Below are positions 15,964-25,491 of a DNA stretch of 32,000 nucleotides, in pieces. The DNA is from Methanothermus fervidus DSM 2088 (GTDB taxonomy: Archaea; Methanobacteriota; Methanobacteria; DSM-2088; Methanothermaceae). The stretch covers positions 1,020,001-1,052,000 of the forward strand of contig CP002278.1 in the NCBI GenBank assembly GCA_000166095.1, given 5' to 3'. Each line of letters opens with the position of its first letter. Position 1 is the first letter of the stretch. Under the pieces are notes generated by a model, which saw nothing but the letters and a program-made list of their open reading frames with translations, had not been told where the DNA came from and did not search any database. A program made the translations under genes and the position numbers.

Positions 15964-17496
15964 TTGCTAGTTGAAGTTAATGGGAAAAAAGTGGATTTAC
16001 CGCCAGGAGCTACAGTGAAAGATGCTATAGAGAAAACAAATGCTCCTTATAAAAAAGGATGTATCATAGGGATAGTAAAGGCTGCCAAAGAAATTGAAAA
16101 ACATGTAGACAGATATAGAATAAAAACAAATAAAGGTAGTATCATTGTAGAATTAGAGAATGTGCCTGAATTAACAAGAGTTTGGAAAGAAAAATATAAA
16201 AATTTTATTGGGCAGAAAATTAGATGGACATCCTCAGAAGAAGTAGCAATTGGACCTATTAAAACTGAGTTAAAACCTACAAAAGAAGAATTTGAATATA
16301 AGGAAGGAGAAGTAATTTTAAGTCTATCAGGGTTTAGTCCTGAAACAACACATGTGATATTTTGTAGAGAAGATCATTCTTCTGTATATGCTGTACCACC
16401 ATATAATAGAGGTGTGTTTGCTAGAGTTATAGGCGGAAGAAGAACCTTGCACTTGTTGGAAAATGAAGATAAAATAATATCAATTGAACCTATTATTGAG
16501 CGTGAAAGTATTGTGAAAAGTGCAACCACAACAGACGTTAACACAAAATTAGAAGAAGGAAATAGAGTTTTTACTTATGTTGAAGTTCATCCAGTTCCAG
16601 AATCACCAAAATCTGTAGAACATTTTTTAATAATGACTGAAAACAATAAGATGAAAGTTGATTATGAATCAAATTCATTTGTAGGTTTTTATGCCTTTGA
16701 AGGTATAGGTAGAGGTGTTGAATTAATTAAGGAAAGGAAAAGAGGATCTGTAACACTTAGGAATAGAGGTAAAGGAATTGGACGTATATATATTTACAGA
16801 GAGGATAGAGTATCAACGCCTTCTCATAACTTAGTAGGTTATGTGAATAAAGGAATGGAATTGATAGACATAGCAAAAAAAGGAGATTATATAACTGTTG
16901 TGTCTAAACCAGGCAGAATATCAACAATTTCAATGACTCAAAAAGAAGCAGAGAAATTCTTAGATGGTTATGAAATTAAACAAGTAAGAGATGGTGTAAA
17001 AGACGACAATGCAATAATTGTAAAGCAAGAACCAAGATATACTATGGAAATTCTTAAAAAAGGTGAAGTTAGGACTTTTGGTGTCGAACCTGAAAAAATT
17101 GTTGAATTAGAGGTATATGATGACAAGGCACCGAAATCTAGTTGGTATTTCAGAAGAATAACAGGACTCATTGATAACCCAATTGGAAAATTAAAAGTTC
17201 ATTTCTCATTTCCTGGCATGAATTTAATAATGTTTGAAGGAAATACTAAAGAATCTAAAGGACTAGTTCCAGAAAACACTCCAAAAGATTGTGTTAAGGC
17301 AGGAGAAATTGGAATAACCAACATGTCTAGGAAGCATGTAGGTTTAATTGGTGTAAGATTTGAGGACAACGAAGAATTTGGACCCACAGGTGAACCTTTT
17401 AGTGGCACTAATATAGTAGGAAAAATAACTAAAGGATTTAATAATTTAGAAAAACTTAAAGATGGAGACATTATATATGTCAAAGAAAGAAAATAA
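15964..17496 (+). CDS. Methanogenesis marker protein 3 (UPF0288 family)
   Basis: 510 aa with a TTG start after GAGGGA. Size and position (directly after mmp2, before mmp6) match the conserved marker cluster. The N-terminal 40 aa look like a ThiS-like beta-grasp. Confidence 0.65.
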   Translation: MLVEVNGKKVDLPPGATVKDAIEKTNAPYKKGCIIGIVKAAKEIEKHVDRYRIKTNKGSIIVELENVPELTRVWKEKYKNFIGQKIRWTSSEEVAIGPIKTELKPTKEEFEYKEGEVILSLSGFSPETTHVIFCREDHSSVYAVPPYNRGVFARVIGGRRTLHLLENEDKIISIEPIIERESIVKSATTTDVNTKLEEGNRVFTYVEVHPVPESPKSVEHFLIMTENNKMKVDYESNSFVGFYAFEGIGRGVELIKERKRGSVTLRNRGKGIGRIYIYREDRVSTPSHNLVGYVNKGMELIDIAKKGDYITVVSKPGRISTISMTQKEAEKFLDGYEIKQVRDGVKDDNAIIVKQEPRYTMEILKKGEVRTFGVEPEKIVELEVYDDKAPKSSWYFRRITGLIDNPIGKLKVHFSFPGMNLIMFEGNTKESKGLVPENTPKDCVKAGEIGITNMSRKHVGLIGVRFEDNEEFGPTGEPFSGTNIVGKITKGFNNLEKLKDGDIIYVKERK

Positions 17497-17902
17497 AATT
17501 ACGAAAATGATAATATTAGGGCCAGATGCTAGATTTAACCCCCAAGAACTTGTGCGTAGGATACATATGTTAGGATTACCCATTACAATTAAAGAAACTT
17601 GTTATGGTGCTTTAATTCATGGAGAAAAAGAATACATAAAAAAGGCTGAAAAAGAAATCAGGAAATTCGATATATACAACATTTTTATTAAAGAAAGAGG
17701 ATTTCCACCAGGAGATCCAAGAAGATGCAGAGCTCACAGGGGAGGAGCTAGAGAAGGTTACCACCAACTTGAAAAAGAGTTTAGAGCATTAAAATACGTA
17801 AGTGAAGCTCTGAAACACCCACGCAAAGTTAGTTTAGAAGAACCTAAAAAGTTGCCAGTAGAAGTTTTTCGCGATATAGTTAAAAAAATGGTGGAAAAAT
17901 GA
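17477..17902 (+). CDS. Methanogenesis marker protein 6
   Basis: About 141 aa from ATG 17477, with GGAGA 9 nt upstream. Alternative starts are at 17462 and 17507. It has the conserved-looking motif [23 protein letters not shown]. Its stop overlaps the next start as ATGA. Confidence 0.6.
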   Translation: MSKKENKITKMIILGPDARFNPQELVRRIHMLGLPITIKETCYGALIHGEKEYIKKAEKEIRKFDIYNIFIKERGFPPGDPRRCRAHRGGAREGYHQLEKEFRALKYVSEALKHPRKVSLEEPKKLPVEVFRDIVKKMVEK

Positions 17903-18249
17903 AAATAACTAATTCATCTGATGCAGAAGAATTAGAAAATTTAGCTTTAGCAATTCATGAACTGGTAAATAGATTACCATTAACAATGAGAAGCAAAGAA
18001 AAAAGAGGCCTGCGAATTGAAAATGGGAAGGTAATAGATTACAACTATACAGGACCTGTGTTGGAAAAAGTACTAAAAACCGGTAAAATATGTAAAGAAA
18101 CACCAAATGAGGGTCCATATAAAGGTATACCTGTTGTTGTAGTTCCTCTAAAAGAAAACGGAGAAGTCATTGCAGCAATTGGAGTAGTTGACATAACTAA
18201 AGGCGTTTATAGTGACGTAGTTGAGATATCCCGCCGTCCTAAACTTTAG
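17899..18249 (+). CDS. Small conserved archaeal protein (DUF2111-like) embedded in the marker operon
   Basis: 116 aa, in an ATGA overlap with mmp6. It is followed by an AGGAGGA SD for the next gene. The family name comes from memory of methanogen operon annotation and is unverified. Confidence 0.5.
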   Translation: MKITNSSDAEELENLALAIHELVNRLPLTMRSKEKRGLRIENGKVIDYNYTGPVLEKVLKTGKICKETPNEGPYKGIPVVVVPLKENGEVIAAIGVVDITKGVYSDVVEISRRPKL

Positions 18250-18260
18250 GAGGAAAAATA

Positions 18261-18707
18261 ATGAAAGTTTTAATTTTTCCACCAAATTCACTTATACTGG
18301 CAGATCTAGTTGAAAGAAAAGGCCATGAACCATTAATTTTACAAAAAGAAATAAGACATAAAGTTACGGATCCAGAAATAGATTCTCCTCCCCTAAATAT
18401 TAGACCGGAGGATGCATTGAAAGGTTTAAAATATGCAGCTATAGAAGTTCCATCAGGTGTTAGAGGTAGAATGTCTATTTTAGGACCACTGATAGAAAAA
18501 GCTGAGGCAGCTATTATTATGGAAGAAGCACCATTTGCCTTTGGTTGTGTAGGATGTGCAAGAACTAATGAACTCTGCATTCACCTCATTAAGAAAAAAG
18601 GAGTGCCTATCTTAGAAGTAAAATATCCTGAAACTAAAGAAGAAGCAATAGATGTAGTAAACAAAATAAATACATTTTTAGACAAATTGGAGGCCAAAAA
18701 TGGTTAA
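18261..18707 (+). CDS. Methanogenesis marker protein 5
   Basis: 148 aa. The N-terminus [25 protein letters not shown] and the Cys motif [13 protein letters not shown] match my recollection of this family. AGGAGGA lies 6 nt upstream of the ATG. Confidence 0.6.
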   Translation: MKVLIFPPNSLILADLVERKGHEPLILQKEIRHKVTDPEIDSPPLNIRPEDALKGLKYAAIEVPSGVRGRMSILGPLIEKAEAAIIMEEAPFAFGCVGCARTNELCIHLIKKKGVPILEVKYPETKEEAIDVVNKINTFLDKLEAKNG

Positions 18708-19926
18708 AATAGCCCAAATATCTTGTGGTACAGAGTATAGTGGTATTCAAAAAGAAATTGAAAGAGCGGCTGAAACTTTTGGAGCTGAGATAGTAATTCC
18801 CGAAACAGATTTAGACTATATAAATGATGCATACGAAAGATTTGGATTTAAATGTGCCAGTTCATCATTAAAATTAATGATAGCTAGAGCAATGTCTGTT
18901 GTTGAGGGTAAAACAAAAGCAGACGCTGTATTCATAGCCACATGTTTTAGATGTGCAGAAGGGGCTATTGTAAGAAATGAAATAAGAAAATTTATACAAG
19001 AAAACACGAATTTACCAGTTGTAACATATTCATTTACGGAAAGAACAAAAGCAGAAGAGCTATTTATAAGAATGGAAGCATTGTCAACAGTAGTTTCCAG
19101 AAAAAGCCTACTTGCAAGAGAAAAACAAGAAGGAATCACTTTAGGCATCGATTCTGGTTCAACAACAACTAAAGCTGTTGTAATGGAAGATAATGAGGTC
19201 ATAGGTACTGGTTGGGTTCCAACAACCGATGTTATAGAATCAGCTGAAAAAGCTGTAGATATGGCATTAAAAGATGCTGGATATACAATGAAAAAAATAG
19301 AAGGAATCGGAGTCACTGGTTATGGAAGGTTAACACTTGGAAAGCATTTTAATGCTGACTTAGTACAGGAAGAGTTAAGTGTAAACTCAAAAGGTGCCGT
19401 GTTTTTAGCAGATAGACAGAGAGGTGAAGCTACAGTAATAGACATTGGTGGAATGGATAATAAAGTTATAACTGTAAATAATGGAATTCCTGACAATTTT
19501 ACTATGGGAGGAATATGTGCAGGAGCTTCAGGAAGATTTCTTGAAATTACAGCACGAAGATTGGGAGTTGATATTGAAGATCTTGGAGATTTAGCTGTTA
19601 AAGGTAACTACCGGAATGTTCCTATGGATAGTTACTGTATAGTGTTTGGAATACAGGATTTAGTTACTTCTTTAGCAGCCGGAGCAAAAAAAGAAGATGT
19701 TGCTGCAGCAGCATGTCATTCAGTTGCAGAACAAGTTTATGAACAACAATTACAAGAAGTTGATATCAGAGAACCAATTATAGAGGTGGGTGGTACATCC
19801 TTAATTAAAGGATTAGTAGAGGCTGTAAGTGATATTCTTGGTGGTGCAGAGGTAATAGTACCTAATTATTCACAATATATAGGGGCTGTAGGTTCAGCAT
19901 TGTTAGTTTCAGGAATTATTAAATAA
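18700..19926 (+). CDS. Methanogenesis marker protein 15 (BadF/BadG/BcrA/BcrD-HgdC-type ATPase with an N-terminal extension of about 140 aa)
   Basis: 408 aa. ASKHA phosphate-1 motif [14 protein letters not shown]. HgdC-like cluster-ligand contexts [11 protein letters not shown] and YCIVFG. The gene overlaps mmp5 by 8 nt. Confidence 0.75.
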   Translation: MVKIAQISCGTEYSGIQKEIERAAETFGAEIVIPETDLDYINDAYERFGFKCASSSLKLMIARAMSVVEGKTKADAVFIATCFRCAEGAIVRNEIRKFIQENTNLPVVTYSFTERTKAEELFIRMEALSTVVSRKSLLAREKQEGITLGIDSGSTTTKAVVMEDNEVIGTGWVPTTDVIESAEKAVDMALKDAGYTMKKIEGIGVTGYGRLTLGKHFNADLVQEELSVNSKGAVFLADRQRGEATVIDIGGMDNKVITVNNGIPDNFTMGGICAGASGRFLEITARRLGVDIEDLGDLAVKGNYRNVPMDSYCIVFGIQDLVTSLAAGAKKEDVAAAACHSVAEQVYEQQLQEVDIREPIIEVGGTSLIKGLVEAVSDILGGAEVIVPNYSQYIGAVGSALLVSGIIK

Positions 19927-20820
19927 TTATTTCAAAACATCATACAACCTTAATTTATACTCTCCTAATTTTCCACCATAATTTCCTGCAGAAATTCTTA
20001 AGACACCATCAACAGTAGTTGCAGCTTCTATGCCAACTTTCATTGCTTCCTTAATTTTATCTTCTTTCAATCCATTTATAACAATTTCAGGGATATATTT
20101 AACACCTTCAGGCACCTTAGAATCTTTTCCAAGTCTAGATTTTAATGATGGACAATAAGGATGATTTGTTGTTGGTCCTATCCAAGGATAATTTGTTTCT
20201 GGTTTTGACGCAGCTGAACATACATCAAAAGGTGTAATAACATAATCTATTTTATTTATAGCCTTTATAATTTTTTCACCTGCTTCTAAAACAGCTTCTT
20301 TGGTTTCACACATATACCAAAAATTTGCACCCATTATTCCTTTTTGATAACCAATTTTCCTCTCAATTTTGAAGTCAGGCACTGTAATCGGTACAACAAT
20401 CATTTTTCTTCCATATAACTCTTCTTCCCATTCATATCCATCTCCACAATGTCCAACATATTTCATAGTGTCGATATGTCCATCAGCATCTAATTCTAAA
20501 TTAAATAATGTTGTGAATGGTTTAACTAAAATATCTTGTCTAATCCTATATGATAACTCTACTTCAAATTTTTTTAAATCTTTTTTTCCAAACCAAAATT
20601 GTAAAATGGCACCAGGTCTTCCATCAGGAGTCTTAGACTTATCTACAAATTTTTCAACTCCTCCTTCGATTCTTCCTATTACAGCTCCAGGCGTTGATGT
20701 TGCATCATAAGCTGCTTTCTTTAAAGTATTTTTATCTTCTGCTGTAATCAATACCCTAGCACAAACTCCATAAAAAGCCTCACAAAAAGTATCTTCAATA
20801 AAAACATCGTTGATATACAC
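19927..20820 (-). CDS. Formylmethanofuran:tetrahydromethanopterin formyltransferase homologue (divergent Ftr paralogue, FtrII/EhaS-like)
   Basis: 297 aa, the length of Ftr. Ftr-like blocks include [24 protein letters not shown] and [16 protein letters not shown] start 20820 overlaps the upstream TAG as TAGTG, with AGGAGGT 8 nt upstream. Confidence 0.75.
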   Translation of the reverse strand: MYINDVFIEDTFCEAFYGVCARVLITAEDKNTLKKAAYDATSTPGAVIGRIEGGVEKFVDKSKTPDGRPGAILQFWFGKKDLKKFEVELSYRIRQDILVKPFTTLFNLELDADGHIDTMKYVGHCGDGYEWEEELYGRKMIVVPITVPDFKIERKIGYQKGIMGANFWYMCETKEAVLEAGEKIIKAINKIDYVITPFDVCSAASKPETNYPWIGPTTNHPYCPSLKSRLGKDSKVPEGVKYIPEIVINGLKEDKIKEAMKVGIEAATTVDGVLRISAGNYGGKLGEYKLRLYDVLK

Positions 20821-21824
20821 TAACCCAGACCTCCTATTTTCTCTCCTCTAATGTTTTTTCTCATCTCTAAACTTCTTTCAGATATTTTGTCAATGTCTAC
20901 CATCTCAGGTAAGACAATCGTTGGTTTTGTTTTAAGCATATTTTTAAATTCAGGACAATATTTTTGTATAGCATTTTCAGGATCTTTACAATAATATTTT
21001 ACAAATTCAAAAACTTCTTCTCTGCTACACATTGAATGTAATTTTGATAAAACTATTAATGGATCAGTTGTTGGAGAAATTACCACTATATTTGCTTCTT
21101 TAACTGCAAATTCATTGCCATTAAAAGAAATTGCCAATCCTTCACTTCTTAAAAACCTAAAAACTTCAATGTCTGTTATGCTATCGCCTATATATAGCGT
21201 TTCCTCCTTTTTTGAATTGTTTTTCCTTATAATTTCTTTTGTAATTTCTTTCTTTTTTTTACTACCTATAATTTCAACATCGTTAAAAATTTTACCTATC
21301 TCCATCTTTGGAATCTCTTCAAAAAATATTTTGTCTAGTGTTTCAATGTCAGGGTTTGAAAGGATGATTTTTCTAAATTCAATAATTTTCTTTTTTTCTT
21401 CAGGAGGTAAATTATATTTATCTAACTGTAATTTTGTACTATAAGTGTTGTCAAAAGGAAAGTTAACTAAATCACACAGCGCCTTTATATAATGTTCATA
21501 GCTTGTACTAACAATAAATGAGTTCATTAAGGATGAAACATGCTTCAACATATGCTTTGCATTAGGTACCAAATTTATATTATCTTTAGAATACTTAATC
21601 ATGGATTCATCAGTGGCCCCATATGCCTTTAAAAAAGGCAATATTAATTTGAGTGTGTTTCCAGCTTGGTATCCTGGTCTTTTAATTTCTTCTGCTAAAA
21701 TATCGTCATATTTACTTACTATTTCGAAGAATTTATCCCCCTCTGGTATAAAATATGAAGATAATTCAAATGCATTGTCATTGAGTGTTATAGGTCCTTC
21801 ACAATCACTTATAAAAAGTTTCAT
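20820..21824 (-). CDS. HAD-superfamily phosphatase-like protein (EhaR-like)
   Basis: 334 aa. Motif I variant FISDCEGP (D-x-E), motif II IVSTS, motif [10 protein letters not shown]. The start overlaps the upstream kinase gene by 20 nt. Confidence 0.6.
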   Translation of the reverse strand: MKLFISDCEGPITLNDNAFELSSYFIPEGDKFFEIVSKYDDILAEEIKRPGYQAGNTLKLILPFLKAYGATDESMIKYSKDNINLVPNAKHMLKHVSSLMNSFIVSTSYEHYIKALCDLVNFPFDNTYSTKLQLDKYNLPPEEKKKIIEFRKIILSNPDIETLDKIFFEEIPKMEIGKIFNDVEIIGSKKKKEITKEIIRKNNSKKEETLYIGDSITDIEVFRFLRSEGLAISFNGNEFAVKEANIVVISPTTDPLIVLSKLHSMCSREEVFEFVKYYCKDPENAIQKYCPEFKNMLKTKPTIVLPEMVDIDKISERSLEMRKNIRGEKIGGLG

Positions 21825-22743
21825 TTTTTACCCGCTCCTCATATTTCTTAAATCCATTTAAATTCCTTGGAATTCCATCTGTAGCTCCAAATTTTTTTAT
21901 ACAACATGAAGCTACATAATTACCAAGCATACAAGATTTCCTTAAACTATAATTATTTAAATAACCATATAAAAATCCTGCATTAAATGCGTCGCCAGCG
22001 CCTGTGGTATCTACACATTTAACTTTTAAAGTCGGCACAAATAACTCTAAATTTTTAGTTCTTAAATATACACTATTTTTACCCCTCTTAACAACTATTA
22101 TGTCCACATAATCTAATAGAGAATTAGCTGCTCTTTTATAATCTTCCTCGTCACACAATATTCTTATTTCTTTCTCATTGATCAATAGTATGTTTGTTTT
22201 CTCCAAAAATTCTCTTAATGCCTTTTCACCCATTCTCACATATAACATTCCTGGATCAAAACTTACTGTTGTTCTTGAATCTATTTTATTTAATATTGAT
22301 TTTTGAGTTTTAAATGAAATTTTTCCAACAAATGACGTCAAATGTAAAATTTTAGTTGAAAAACAAATTTTCTCTATTTCATCAATTGTAATGGTGTCAT
22401 TAACGCCTGGATCAACATATATAGCCCTATTTCCACTTCTATCTACAAAAACAAAAACTTTTCCACTTCTACCATCTGAAGAAGTTATTAAACACCTAGT
22501 ATCAACGCCCTCATCAAGTAATCTATTTTTTATGAATTTACCTTCTTCATCCTTAGCAATTTTACCTATGTATGCGCATTTAACACCTAACCTACTCAAT
22601 CCGATTATAGTGTTTGCTGCAGAGCCACCAATATATCTTTTTTGACTTCTTATGGATGTTTCTTCATCAACTCCAGCTATTTCATCAACTAAATATATAT
22701 TATCAACATTAAGAGCTCCAAAACCAACTACATCATATTTCAT
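21805..22743 (-). CDS. PfkB/ribokinase-family sugar or nucleoside kinase (EhaT-like)
   Basis: 312 aa. N-terminal GFGALNVD and GGSAANT motifs, plus the C-terminal catalytic motif DTTGAGDAFNAGFLYG. Confidence 0.8.
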   Translation of the reverse strand: MKYDVVGFGALNVDNIYLVDEIAGVDEETSIRSQKRYIGGSAANTIIGLSRLGVKCAYIGKIAKDEEGKFIKNRLLDEGVDTRCLITSSDGRSGKVFVFVDRSGNRAIYVDPGVNDTITIDEIEKICFSTKILHLTSFVGKISFKTQKSILNKIDSRTTVSFDPGMLYVRMGEKALREFLEKTNILLINEKEIRILCDEEDYKRAANSLLDYVDIIVVKRGKNSVYLRTKNLELFVPTLKVKCVDTTGAGDAFNAGFLYGYLNNYSLRKSCMLGNYVASCCIKKFGATDGIPRNLNGFKKYEERVKNETFYK

Positions 22744-22751
22744 GCTCCCAA

Positions 22752-23036
22752 CTATTCAAGTTTTGAAAATAAACGCCATATATCTGGATATTTATCTTTA
22801 ATGGCCTTTTCTATCAAAGTTGAAGCTTCTTTACTTATACTAAACCCTGGTTTTGTCTTTTTCAAATATCTTAAAACTGCAGCTGCCCTCATAGACCACA
22901 ATGTTATTCTGGGATTATTTTTAACTTCTCTTATAACTTCTTCAACCTTTTTATCTTTTAACATTGTTCCAAGGCTTTCATCCTCTGTTTTTATCAATGC
23001 ATCAAGGCCCTTTCCAAGGCTTTTATTTCTTTTCAT
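22752..23036 (-). CDS. 94-aa ParA partner protein: ParB-type N-terminal peptide plus a predicted ribbon-helix-helix-like body (SegB/mini-ParB-like)
   Basis: The N-terminus MKRNKSLGKGLDALIK matches the ParB/Spo0J N-terminal LG(R/K)GLxAL ParA-activating motif. The remainder (RITLWSMRAAAVLRYLKK...SKEASTLIEKAIKD) reads as strand-helix-helix. The ATG overlaps the parA 3' end by 14 nt, with GGAGGAAG 3 nt upstream. Confidence 0.6.
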   Translation of the reverse strand: MKRNKSLGKGLDALIKTEDESLGTMLKDKKVEEVIREVKNNPRITLWSMRAAAVLRYLKKTKPGFSISKEASTLIEKAIKDKYPDIWRLFSKLE

Positions 23037-23808
23037 TATCTTCCTCCAATTTAATCAACTCTTTTGCTAACTTAAAGTATGCTTTAGAACCATTACAATC
23101 TTTATCATAAATTATGCATGGCATCCCGTGACTTGGAGCTTCTGCTAAACGTATATTTCGTGGTATTGTTGTCTTAAAAATATATTCTTTTGAAGAAAAG
23201 AAATTTTTAACTTCTTGATAAACTTCCCTGGCTAGACGTGTTCTTCTATCATATAATGTCAACAATATACCTTTTATTGGGCACGGACTATTTAAACGAT
23301 TCTCAACTAACTTAATAGTTCTTAATAGATCAGCTATTCCTTCTAATGCATAATATTCCGTCTGTATTGGTATTATAACACTATCACATGCAACCAATGC
23401 ATTCAATGTCAATATTCCCAAAGATGGGGGCGTGTCAATAAATATATAATCATAATCATTCTTTATTGGATCTATCGCTTCTTTAAGCACTGCATGAGAT
23501 CCTATTTGGCTAATAAGTTCTACTTCTGCCCCACTGAGGTCAAGATTACTTGGAATAATATAAAGATTAGGAATGGATGTTTTCCTAATGACCTCCTCTG
23601 CTTTTGCTTCTCCACAAATAATTGAATATACACTACTATCTAACTTAAATTTATTTATTCCAAAACCTGTTGTTGCATTTGCTTGTGGATCCATATCTAT
23701 TACAAGAATTTTCTTGTTTAAAGATGCAAGTGCAGCCGATAAATTCACTGCCGTTGTAGTCTTACCACAACCGCCTTTTTGATTTGTTATTGATATTATT
23801 TCACCCAT
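23023..23808 (-). CDS. parA: ParA/Soj-type partition ATPase (deviant Walker A)
   Basis: 261 aa. Motifs NQKGGCGKTTTAVNLSAALA, VIDMDPQANAT, IFIDTPPSLG, PIQTEYYALEG and IPRNIRLAEAPSHG are collinear with bacterial chromosomal Soj. GGAGGATC lies upstream of the start. Confidence 0.85.
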   Translation of the reverse strand: MGEIISITNQKGGCGKTTTAVNLSAALASLNKKILVIDMDPQANATTGFGINKFKLDSSVYSIICGEAKAEEVIRKTSIPNLYIIPSNLDLSGAEVELISQIGSHAVLKEAIDPIKNDYDYIFIDTPPSLGILTLNALVACDSVIIPIQTEYYALEGIADLLRTIKLVENRLNSPCPIKGILLTLYDRRTRLAREVYQEVKNFFSSKEYIFKTTIPRNIRLAEAPSHGMPCIIYDKDCNGSKAYFKLAKELIKLEEDNEKK

Positions 23809-23822
23809 TAAGATCCTCCAAA

Positions 23823-25391
23823 TTAATTAATCATGCCTCTTTCAATCTTAATGTTTATTGGATCTAATGGTTTATTAACATCTACTCCTTTTTCGTTAGC
23901 CCATTTTTCTATTCCCTTCAGAAGAAATCTTAAACCTAATTTTATCAAAGGAGAAATCAATGTAGCTAACAAACCTTTTTTTACCATTTTAAATCCTCGT
24001 CTAAATTCCCAAAGAATCTGTTTCCAGGCATGGTAAATATGTAATAACTCTCCCTTTGTTAATTCCTCATTGATGTTAAAAAACTCTTTATCTTTTAAAT
24101 ATCCCATTGGTACAAAAGAAAGCGGTACAACTACAAAATGTGCCTTTTTACCCAATTTCTCTCTCAATACCTTTCTCATCGTAATTATCAGTCTTGCTGT
24201 ATAAATTTCATCCTCCTCTGTTGCACCAGGCAAGCCCACAATACTTGTATAAGCAGGGAACCAAAAATATTTATTGAGAAGGTAGGTACCATTTAACAAT
24301 ACTTGTGGCCATTCATCAACATTGAATGGTTTTGCTTTATTACTTGCAATTTTCTTTAATAAAGATGGTGAGGCAGTTTCAAATCCTATTTGGACACCTA
24401 CCCATCTATTTGGGCCAGCATTATTTAATTTTGCTATCTCTTTTATAATTCTAGGTGCAGCTAATGCACTAGCAATATTTGCATGAGTAGGATTTGCATA
24501 ATTTACAATTTTAAGAACTTCCTTAAATAAGTTGATTACAGCTTCTTCATTTGGATTATATTCCTTTTTATCTTCTAGCATGTAACTAAATATATCCTCA
24601 CTATGGAGCCATGCGTTGTTTTGTCCAGCACTTTTATTTACTTTAATCTCTCTAATAATCTTCTTAATTGGATAGTATCTTACTTTCCTAATATTAGGAT
24701 CACAAAATTTACATCCGCGACCACAACCTCTCATAACTTCTACCATTCCTTTATATGATGGGCCTACAATAGTTGGTATTTCATTTGCAGATGGTTGGTC
24801 CCTAATGAGAATTATCTCATCAGCTTTCTCAACCTCAATATCTTTAAATATTTCAGCAATTTTATGTTCTGTTTCACCAATTATTAAATGATCAATTTTT
24901 AATTTTTTCATTTCATATTCTTTGGCTTTTAATTGCCAAGCCCCAGAACCTCCAACTACAATTTTAAAATCTAAATTTTTTCTTTCCCTATAACTATTTA
25001 TTCTATCAACAAGCGATGTAAACTTTATTTTTGTATAAGATGGAAATCTTCCACCCTCAGTAAACATCATTGTAAGTGGTCCTAAACCCAATGGATCCAT
25101 AGCTGTAACAGCCACTATCTTTGTATTTTCATCAATAAATTTTTCTACATATTTAGGATGAACGACTGCTACTTCGTCTCTTCTATACTTTTTAAGTAAT
25201 GCTGCTTCTACCTTACGTAAAGAATATGGTGCAAAAATTAGTCTGCCATTTTTATGTGGGACTTGAGTATCTATAATTCTATAAAGTATTGGAGGTATTC
25301 TTTGTGGAGGTACACATCCTAGAAAATCCGAAAGTGGTAAATTTCTATAAGTTGATGTTAATGTTTCGTCAGCAGTTAAAACAATTTTCAA
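23823..25391 (-). CDS. Radical SAM protein with an N-terminal B12-binding-like (Rossmann) domain. Function unknown.
   Basis: 522 aa with a TTG start after GAGGGA. The Cx3Cx2C motif is in VMRGCGRGCKFCDP. The N-terminal 200 aa (VAVTAMDPLG, IVVGGSGA) resemble the cobalamin-binding-like domain of class B radical SAM enzymes. Confidence 0.7.
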   Translation of the reverse strand: MKIVLTADETLTSTYRNLPLSDFLGCVPPQRIPPILYRIIDTQVPHKNGRLIFAPYSLRKVEAALLKKYRRDEVAVVHPKYVEKFIDENTKIVAVTAMDPLGLGPLTMMFTEGGRFPSYTKIKFTSLVDRINSYRERKNLDFKIVVGGSGAWQLKAKEYEMKKLKIDHLIIGETEHKIAEIFKDIEVEKADEIILIRDQPSANEIPTIVGPSYKGMVEVMRGCGRGCKFCDPNIRKVRYYPIKKIIREIKVNKSAGQNNAWLHSEDIFSYMLEDKKEYNPNEEAVINLFKEVLKIVNYANPTHANIASALAAPRIIKEIAKLNNAGPNRWVGVQIGFETASPSLLKKIASNKAKPFNVDEWPQVLLNGTYLLNKYFWFPAYTSIVGLPGATEEDEIYTARLIITMRKVLREKLGKKAHFVVVPLSFVPMGYLKDKEFFNINEELTKGELLHIYHAWKQILWEFRRGFKMVKKGLLATLISPLIKLGLRFLLKGIEKWANEKGVDVNKPLDPINIKIERGMIN

Positions 25392-25491
25392 TATTTATTC
25401 CCTCTTTTTCATTATTAAATTCAACAATAATTTATGTTTTAAGAAAAAATAAAATTTTTCAAACTTAACTTTAAGAATTAAGGGGATAGCC

